A stretch of DNA of 64,000 nt from the IMG/VR virus record IMGVR_UViG_3300020190_000007, positions 106,861-170,860 of that record; one strand, given 5' to 3'. Within the stretch, counting starts at the first letter, position 1. Each line of letters begins with the position of its first letter. Shown here in pieces: positions 26,823-33,645 of the stretch. The DNA is from a virus. The position numbers were made by a program, and so were the translations under genes. The notes below the pieces were generated by a model, which worked only from the letters and a program-made list of their open reading frames with translations, did no database searches and was not told the DNA's origin.

Positions 26823-28895
26823 ATGACAACAAGGAATTTAGTTGCGTTTCAAAAAGGTTTGGTCTGTTCACCAAACGACGGTCAAGATAATAGAATCGCG
26901 GTAGCAACCGTTCAATCCCACTTAATGCAATGGGGTTACATGTTAGACGAAGATGCTTTCTTCGCGTTGTCCAAATCAGAATTATCGTTTATTCAAAACT
27001 TCAATCATGAAGTATTGAATCATTTGAAAAATGTAATGGGTGGTAATCGTAATTACCAACCCCTATATAAGAATTTCCCACAAGAAGTGATGGTTATGTC
27101 CGACTTCGAATTATACATGAACGCAATCTTGCATTATTGGAGTAATGGTCAATGGGAACCATCAACCCACACTTACGAAAAAGAAATCAAGTTTGAAAAA
27201 ATTAAATACAACTTGATTAAGTATGGTACCTCTGATAGATTCTCAAAAATTTTCACTGACTTAGTGTCAATCAACACATCATTAACCCCCCAAGACCTTG
27301 AGATTGTTAAGTGGTTTGTATCAAGTGGTGAAACATTGATTTTCCCTGACACAATTCCTTTCAAAGAGAATTTGTGTACACTTGCGGGAATGGGAATCGA
27401 GGGACTTCCAGTAAAGACTTCAACCGACGTGTTAAGAATAGCCGTTCATCTTTCAGGTGGAGACATTAGTTTACCTAAAGTTCCTGAAAAGGAAATTAGA
27501 CTAAACAGATGGTCTACCGATAAAGGAGTAAATCCCGAAAGAGAAAAGTTTAAATTCAAGAAATTCACTCGTAAAGAGAGGAAGTACATCTTGAATTTAC
27601 TTGAGAACACAAACTGTGACCCAAGAGAAATGGTTTTAAGAGACCAACGATGGGTTCGTTTAGGTGAAATCTTACACCCGGGTGAGTATAAAAACCAATT
27701 CCCTAAATCTTTTGATGCGTTCAACAAGATTAGAAACGAGAAAGTAAAATCTTGGTTCTCCCTTGTAGATGAGGGATTCAAAAAAAGTTTGGAGAATGGT
27801 TTGAGAGTATTGTCTCAAAGACCCGGTGAATTCTCTCGTCGATTAGATTGGTTGGTTCGTACATATCCACAAGATATTGAAACAATTATGAAATTATTCG
27901 GAGAAGCGGTAAAAGGTACATCAAACAAAGTATTGTTTGAGGTTTACACTCACTTTGAAGGTCGTACTGAACCTAAAACAAATAGGTCAGTTATGATTAA
28001 AGGAGCGAGAAAACGTACCGAATTACCATCACTACAAGCAATCCCTAAAGAGATTGTGGAAACCATCCACTCTAAATTATTCGAAACTCTTAGAGATAAG
28101 TTTTCGGTAATGGATTCTTTAGGTAACTGTTGGATTGATGAGGAATTAAAAAAGATTCCTTTACCAACCAACATGAGAAGTATGAACTTCTCAACTAAAC
28201 CTACCATCAGAGGTCAACGAGTTCCGCTCGATAACCCCGATGCAAAAGTTATCAGACCATTTATTCATTGGATGGATAAACGTGGTTCTGAAGACTTGGA
28301 TTTAAGTGTTACGTTTGTTGGTGAAAAAGTGTCAGAAGTACTATCTTTCAGTAACTTGAGAGTTGGTAACTCTGTTCACTCGGGGGACGTGAGACATAGA
28401 CAGGGTCCTTGTGCGGAGTACATCGACATCGATATTCAAGATGGATTAAATCGTGGATTCAAGTACGCGGTTATTGACGTAAGAAACTTCAATGGCGGTA
28501 GTTTAAGTTCACTTGAAACATCCTTTGGTATCATGGAGAGAGAACATCCTGAATCAAACACGACATGGTTACCTGAGACAATTTCAAATTGTCAATCATT
28601 AGAATCTGAGTCGTCAAACACTTTGATTGCAATTATTGACTTAGAAACCAAAGAGTACATCATGTTGGACATTGATTCAAGTGGTTTTGTAACCGCGAGG
28701 AGCGACTTCAATAACACCTTTAAAGTAATTCAACAATACGCTGAATTACCAAAAGTAAGTGTTTATGACCTTATTCTTCTACACGTAGAAGGTCGAGGAA
28801 AACAAGTTACCCTTGACGAGAATGTGGATACACATTTCAAGTACGAGGACTTCTGTTACTCTTATGAAGAGACAGGTAAATTGATGGGTGTCTAA
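26823..28895 (+). CDS. 690-aa protein: large helical N-terminal region plus C-terminal TerD-like domain
   Basis: DLDLSV, HSGDVR..G..AEYIDID and VRNFNG TerD-like motifs; conserved-looking TDVLR.A..LSGGD.SL, W.RLGE.LHPGEY and RPGEF.RRLD.L.R blocks. Confidence 0.7.
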   Translation: MTTRNLVAFQKGLVCSPNDGQDNRIAVATVQSHLMQWGYMLDEDAFFALSKSELSFIQNFNHEVLNHLKNVMGGNRNYQPLYKNFPQEVMVMSDFELYMNAILHYWSNGQWEPSTHTYEKEIKFEKIKYNLIKYGTSDRFSKIFTDLVSINTSLTPQDLEIVKWFVSSGETLIFPDTIPFKENLCTLAGMGIEGLPVKTSTDVLRIAVHLSGGDISLPKVPEKEIRLNRWSTDKGVNPEREKFKFKKFTRKERKYILNLLENTNCDPREMVLRDQRWVRLGEILHPGEYKNQFPKSFDAFNKIRNEKVKSWFSLVDEGFKKSLENGLRVLSQRPGEFSRRLDWLVRTYPQDIETIMKLFGEAVKGTSNKVLFEVYTHFEGRTEPKTNRSVMIKGARKRTELPSLQAIPKEIVETIHSKLFETLRDKFSVMDSLGNCWIDEELKKIPLPTNMRSMNFSTKPTIRGQRVPLDNPDAKVIRPFIHWMDKRGSEDLDLSVTFVGEKVSEVLSFSNLRVGNSVHSGDVRHRQGPCAEYIDIDIQDGLNRGFKYAVIDVRNFNGGSLSSLETSFGIMEREHPESNTTWLPETISNCQSLESESSNTLIAIIDLETKEYIMLDIDSSGFVTARSDFNNTFKVIQQYAELPKVSVYDLILLHVEGRGKQVTLDENVDTHFKYEDFCYSYEETGKLMGV

Positions 28896-28923
28896 ACTCA
28901 CCCATTAGTTCTTTGAAATATTA

Positions 28924-29342
28924 TATGTGGCTATGTGAGCCATTGAGAGGATAGTCAACTGACCATCACATCAAACCACGGAGTGGTTCTGTTTTGGTCC
29001 TTAGCGGTGACAAAAGTATCAATGCAAACGTCTTACTTCTAACAAACAACTATCAGATACGAAAACCAGACACACAATTTCCACATAACTTCTTAGACGG
29101 CTATGTATTGGGTTACTTCTGCTAGGGGACTAATGTCCCCCCTTCTATAACAATTATATGTTACATTACCCGTACTTTTTCCGTCAATCATATTGAGTGG
29201 CTATCTATCAACTTACTTCTAAATTTTAAGCAAAAAATCAAAAATTAGTTGTAGTCTTTCCACTTTTAAAACACACATGGATATGTGTTCAGTTATTTCT
29301 ACTTTGACCGATAATCAAAACAATTATTGACACAGTTTCCAT
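28924..29342 (+). ncRNA. array of four covarying structured RNA units (28924-29087, 29096-29185, 29196-29264, 29277-29342)
   Basis: Shared GG-CTAT...TACTTCT...TTTCC frame with compensatory changes in three helices; preceded by boxA-like GTTCTTTGAAA. Confidence 0.75.
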
Positions 29343-29383
29343 TTTTTAAAAACAACAAAATAAATAACATAAAAACAACAATT

Positions 29384-29830
29384 ATGGCAACAAAAACAAC
29401 TGACCAGAAAGTAAAAGAACTATTCGATTTAGTTCAAAGTAAAAAATTAGCAATTGAAAAAGCTGAAAGACCTTGTTGGAAAACCAGCGGTAACTTTGGT
29501 TATTCAGCGAATTCCGCACATGACAGGACATCAATTCCAACTATCACAGATGTACGTAAAATCGTAGAGATGTACGCATTTCTGATGGAAAGAAAAGATA
29601 AATCCGAAACCGCAGCCAAAGAACTTGGCGTAAACTACAAATTCACATGGTTAGGATTTACTGTCGATGAATGGAAAGATGATTTTCAAACAAGAGTAAA
29701 TCAAATTTTAATTCAAGAAAAACGTAAAGAACTTTCTGAAATTGAATCTCGTTTGAATTCATTAATTTCACCCGAGATAAGAGTACAAATGGAATTGGAA
29801 GCAATCACGGAGTTACTTAACGAAAAGTAA
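29384..29830 (+). CDS. hypothetical coiled-coil protein (start at ATG 29384)
   Basis: A-rich Bacteroidota-like translation initiation region before ATG 29384; the upstream TTG start falls inside RNA unit 4. Confidence 0.7.
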   Translation: MATKTTDQKVKELFDLVQSKKLAIEKAERPCWKTSGNFGYSANSAHDRTSIPTITDVRKIVEMYAFLMERKDKSETAAKELGVNYKFTWLGFTVDEWKDDFQTRVNQILIQEKRKELSEIESRLNSLISPEIRVQMELEAITELLNEK

Positions 29831-29886
29831 TTTCTTGGTTTTTTAAACCAAGTGGTGGAGTCGAACCGAGAAACCGGTCGTCCTAA

Positions 29887-29918
29887 AAAGGGGTTGGGTG
29901 ACTAACCCCTTCTTTTTT
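29887..29918 (+). terminator. intrinsic terminator
   Basis: AAGGGGTT(G)G/CTAACCCCTT hairpin followed by a U-run. Confidence 0.75.
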
Positions 29919-29946
29919 AAACATATTTTTTGATATATTTACAAAT

Positions 29947-30666
29947 ATGAGAATAGTATGTATTTCTGACACCCACTCTTTACACAATGGTATGTTGTAT
30001 AACATACCACAGGGAGATATTTTGATACACTCAGGAGATTGCACAAATGTCGGACGACAAAATGATGTTCGTGATTTTATTAATTGGTTTCAAAATATAC
30101 AAGGATTTACCCATAAAATTTTCATTGCAGGTAACCACGATTTTGCGTTTCAAAGAAAACCAACATGGTTAAATCTTTACATAGACCCATCAATTCTCAC
30201 AGAAAATAATGTTACTTATTTGGAAGATGGTGAGTTGGAAATTATTAGTTCAGAATTCTCAAGACCAATAAAAATTTATGGTTCTCCATGGCAACCTGAA
30301 TTTTTTGATTGGGCATTTAATTTACCAAGAAACGGTGAGGTGTTAAAAGAAAAATGGGACTCAATCCCAAATAATACCGATATCTTAATAACACATGGTC
30401 CACCACATGGAATTAGAGATTTTACACCCAATAATTTACAGGTCGGATGTGAACTTTTAAGAGAGCGTGTTGAAGTTTTAAAACCACTTTTACATGTTTT
30501 TGGTCACATACATGGTGCATATGGTGTTGCAATGATTGGCGATACAGTATTTGCTAACGCATCAACTTGTACAGAAAGGTATCGACCAATAAATAAACCA
30601 TTAGTTTTTGATTTAATCGAAAATGATGGTATATTTACAATAAATTATATAGACGAAGAAAATTAA
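29947..30666 (+). CDS. calcineurin-like metallophosphoesterase
   Basis: SDTH, HSGD, AGNHD, THGPP, GHIH motifs. Confidence 0.92.
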   Translation: MRIVCISDTHSLHNGMLYNIPQGDILIHSGDCTNVGRQNDVRDFINWFQNIQGFTHKIFIAGNHDFAFQRKPTWLNLYIDPSILTENNVTYLEDGELEIISSEFSRPIKIYGSPWQPEFFDWAFNLPRNGEVLKEKWDSIPNNTDILITHGPPHGIRDFTPNNLQVGCELLRERVEVLKPLLHVFGHIHGAYGVAMIGDTVFANASTCTERYRPINKPLVFDLIENDGIFTINYIDEEN

Positions 30667-30693
30667 CTATCTTTGTCTTGTTCTTTGACTTAT

Positions 30694-31269
30694 GGGGGTG
30701 TATGGAATTGATTGGCGTTGATATGGTAAATGGGCACGTAGTCGGATGTCATCTACGACTTTAATCCACGGTGGTAAATTTTAAACGGCAACGTTTATAA
30801 CCAAATGGAAGTAGCAGGTCTTCTTGCGACTTCTAAAGTTGCAGCCTAATTGGTTGTAACTAACGGGTCGACGGACAGATAACCTTGGAACAGAAGTCCT
30901 TGTAGGGTGTGGTTTCTATCCTAAAAGAAACAAAGTGGAAGATTAGTTCTCAGTAAACCGAACCACTTTAAAATAAGGGAATTGTGAATTTCGGAGTATT
31001 AGAAAATACTGTCCTAAACGTGTAGTCCATTTATTGTATTGCGAGCAAGACGCGGGTTTTTAATCGAGCCCCTTCATATCGTGAGATATGTCGAAAATCG
31101 GATGAACTCAGGGGAAGTCTTTTAGATAATCCTGAGCCAAGCCTGATAGGAACAGGAAGGTGCAGAGACTAGTGGGTGATAGACGCTTCTATCGTAATAC
31201 CACATTAGCGTCCGACATCTCGTTGAGATGATGATATAGTCCAATAATTGTCGAAACCCGCCACCTCCA
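30694..31269 (+). ncRNA. ssrA: tmRNA, intron-containing; tag peptide (A)GNVYNQMEVAGLLATSKVAA at 30787-30849
   Basis: GGGGGTG/CACCTCC-A acceptor with G3.U70; GAC-GCGGG-TTCGAAA-CCCGC T arm after splicing; tag ORF ends in AA; promoter TATCTTTG 30668-30675. Confidence 0.9.
31058..31250 (+). mobile_element. ORF-less group I intron in tmRNA T-loop
   Basis: 5' exon ends in U with P1 GGGT/GCCC; core motifs AATCCTGAGCCAAG, GGTGCAGAGACTAG, GATATAGTCC; terminal G; removal restores the T-loop. Confidence 0.88.
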
Positions 31270-31272
31270 CAT

Positions 31273-31302
31273 TAAAGGGAACCTCAAAAGGGTTCCCTTT
31301 TA
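31273..31302. terminator. bidirectional terminator between tmRNA and nuclease gene
   Basis: AAAGGGAACC/GGTTCCCTTT hairpin. Confidence 0.75.
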
Positions 31303-31805
31303 TTTTTAATTAAAATACTAATTAATTCATGAATATACGCATCATCCATTTCATTTTTCATCCAATTAATTGCCCTTGAAACCCATCTAACATTTCCTTT
31401 AACATAACCTAATTTATTATCTATCCTATCTAAAGACGCAGAATATATTGGATTCTTTTTTATTTTGGTATATGATGACAACTCTAATTTTATACCACTG
31501 AATGGACAAATTCCATTTTGTAAAACCCATTGATTAGACAAATCTTCAATAGTTAAATCAATAATTTGATTTCTTTTTTTAATATTTCTAAAATGATATT
31601 TGAATTTTGAATATTCCCCACCTCTATTATTTGAGTGTCTTTGTATATCGTATCGATTTTTAACGTTTAATAAATTTTTAGTATTGTTAATACCAACACA
31701 ATTTCTTGAACAAAAATTAGGTCTATTTAATTTTTTATTACGATTTAATTCAGAATTTGATTTTTCAAATTCAATCCCACAGCTTGAACAAATACATTTT
31801 CCCAT
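31284..31805 (-). CDS. free-standing HNH/His-Me finger endonuclease with N-terminal Zn finger
   Basis: CSSCG...FCSRNC; CPFSG..L; SLDRID...GYVKGNVRWV...IN.MK. Confidence 0.78.
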   Translation of the reverse strand: MGKCICSSCGIEFEKSNSELNRNKKLNRPNFCSRNCVGINNTKNLLNVKNRYDIQRHSNNRGGEYSKFKYHFRNIKKRNQIIDLTIEDLSNQWVLQNGICPFSGIKLELSSYTKIKKNPIYSASLDRIDNKLGYVKGNVRWVSRAINWMKNEMDDAYIHELISILIKNKREPF

Positions 31806-31870
31806 TTTATTACTTTATTATAAATATGGAGATAATGGGAAAAGTATGGAGGTGTTACTAATTAAATAAT

Positions 31871-32040
31871 AAACCCACCAATTGGTGGGTTTTTTGTTTT
31901 AAGGACACTTTGTCCTCGATATTGTCTTTGAGAGGTATATAACGAACAAAGAGGTCAATTCAGACCCCTTTGCCGAGATGTGGAATACCTCCTTTCGTTT
32001 TTAGTCTAATTATCATCTCATGGCGACCAAACCATTTGAT
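31871..32040 (-). ncRNA. putative structured small RNA displaying an extended SD-like sequence
   Basis: TATTTATA motif (32047-32054, minus); several stems (G.U wobble favours minus strand); hairpin 31871-31895; contains GAAAGGAGGUAUUCCA. Confidence 0.55.
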
Positions 32041-32069
32041 TCTAATTATAAATATCTTGTAATCTTAAT

Positions 32070-33032
32070 TTAGACGTATTTTTTTGCTAAAGTTTTTAAT
32101 AAACCTATACCTAAAATTCCAGCTAAGGGGTTCACAGATTCCCCTCCTTGATTTGTGTTTGAATCACCTTCAATTTGACTTAAATCATCGGGAGTCGTGT
32201 TTTGTGCAATGTATTGACTAACTGTTGGGTCATTAGCTAAAGCATTTTTAAATCTATCATCAAGCATCGCTCTATCGAGTTGGTTCATACTTAAATTGGG
32301 TAAGCCAAACATTTTTGCAACTTGACTTGATATGACAATTGACCTAAACATGTCTTTTCTTGATTGTCTTCCTGCTCTTGTTATATTCCACCATTTACTC
32401 AACCAATTGCTAGGTTCCATACCTTTTTTCGCAATATACTGAGCTAATTTTTCTTCTCTAAAGAATGCTTTCATACCTGTTGCCACAGGTCCTCTACCTG
32501 ACATCATTTTAAGATAACCAGCCGAAGGTTGTGTTGCAATCTCTTTACCAATTCTTTGAGTCATTTGTACAGGTCTTAATTTAGATGCTGTGGTTTTTAG
32601 AGAACTAAGACCATCAGTCATTTTTTGACCCCAACCCTTGTTTATATTTGATACTGAATTTATTGTTTGTTTTACACCAGCATCGTCAAAGTGTTTTGAC
32701 ATCTTTAAGAATTGTTCTTTCGCACTTGGATTTTGCATCAAGTATTTAGCTAAATCATCACTACTCCTAAGAGCTGTTTTACCAGCAATACCTGCGCTCT
32801 TTAATACTCGAATAAATGGTTTAACTATAAAGTCACCCACTGTAGGTATAAGCGCGACTAACATCAATGCTGCGTATAGATATTCTTTTTTATAGATATA
32901 TCTAATAATCAATATAATGTCAGCGATTTCACCAATTACAGGTACAAATCCCGCTACCATTAGAATATTTTCTAATGTATCTTCTTTTAATACTTTTTTA
33001 TTTTCTATTATTTGTTTTTTAGTGAATTCCAT
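32070..33032 (-). CDS. hypothetical protein with pre-toxin TG-like N-terminal motif
   Basis: AGFVPVIGEIAD...Y..AAL.LVALIPTVGD pattern. Confidence 0.55.
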   Translation of the reverse strand: MEFTKKQIIENKKVLKEDTLENILMVAGFVPVIGEIADIILIIRYIYKKEYLYAALMLVALIPTVGDFIVKPFIRVLKSAGIAGKTALRSSDDLAKYLMQNPSAKEQFLKMSKHFDDAGVKQTINSVSNINKGWGQKMTDGLSSLKTTASKLRPVQMTQRIGKEIATQPSAGYLKMMSGRGPVATGMKAFFREEKLAQYIAKKGMEPSNWLSKWWNITRAGRQSRKDMFRSIVISSQVAKMFGLPNLSMNQLDRAMLDDRFKNALANDPTVSQYIAQNTTPDDLSQIEGDSNTNQGGESVNPLAGILGIGLLKTLAKKYV

Positions 33033-33634
33033 TAGTGAATAAATTTACATATTTTGTCTGATATGGTTTCACCTATATTAGAATCTTTTATTACTTCACC
33101 AAATATATTTCCAGCAAAACCTGAAGATAAACCTCCTAAATTTAATCCGTAATTATTCCTATCTACACCAACAGCAGAACCTGCCACATATCTTGATAAA
33201 GCTTCTAATACCCCATCAACCATTTTTGGCATATGAGACATACAATTCGGTTCATCTTTAAAAGGTTTAAGTATGTCTCTAACATCATAATCAGCAAAAA
33301 CCACTGAGATGGTTGTAATCATTCCTTGATTCTTACCACCAAAAATAAATGTTAATAATAGATTGATTGCGTACTCTTTCAATTGCGAACCACCCGCACT
33401 TAATAAATCATCACCAGTTAAGTCAAGACCCGATAATGGATTTTCAACTTCATTAAGTACAGACTCAACTTCTTCAAAGGAATATCCTTCATTTAAAAGA
33501 CCAGAGGTTATAACAAAGTATCTTTCAAGAAAATACTCCTTATCTCTGATGTCATTTAATTCATCATAAGATTCGTACAACTTTCTTTCTCTTTCTTCGA
33601 GTAGAGTTTCTTTAATGTATTTCCTTAATTCCAT
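33032..33634 (-). CDS. hypothetical protein
   Basis: ORF track; operon packing. Confidence 0.65.
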   Translation of the reverse strand: MELRKYIKETLLEERERKLYESYDELNDIRDKEYFLERYFVITSGLLNEGYSFEEVESVLNEVENPLSGLDLTGDDLLSAGGSQLKEYAINLLLTFIFGGKNQGMITTISVVFADYDVRDILKPFKDEPNCMSHMPKMVDGVLEALSRYVAGSAVGVDRNNYGLNLGGLSSGFAGNIFGEVIKDSNIGETISDKICKFIH

Positions 33635-33645
33635 TGTCTATATTT

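Noticed and set aside
28924-29342. CRISPR array interpretation of the repeats
   Set aside because: Units are not identical direct repeats, variable parts are enclosed by covarying stems, spacing is irregular and no cas genes are visible
29327-29383. TTG-start extension of the 167-aa ORF
   Set aside because: Overlaps RNA unit 4; ATG 29384 has the better A-rich initiation context
31940-32010. Hammerhead or other small ribozyme (CUGA...GAAA-like words)
   Set aside because: Core spacing and order do not fit CUGANGA/GAAA/UH
31960-32016. 18-aa ORF MIIRLKTKGGIPHLGKGV on the minus strand
   Set aside because: Not listed as a CDS: very short, and the related 22342-22371 segment breaks the frame; kept only as an alternative to the sRNA model
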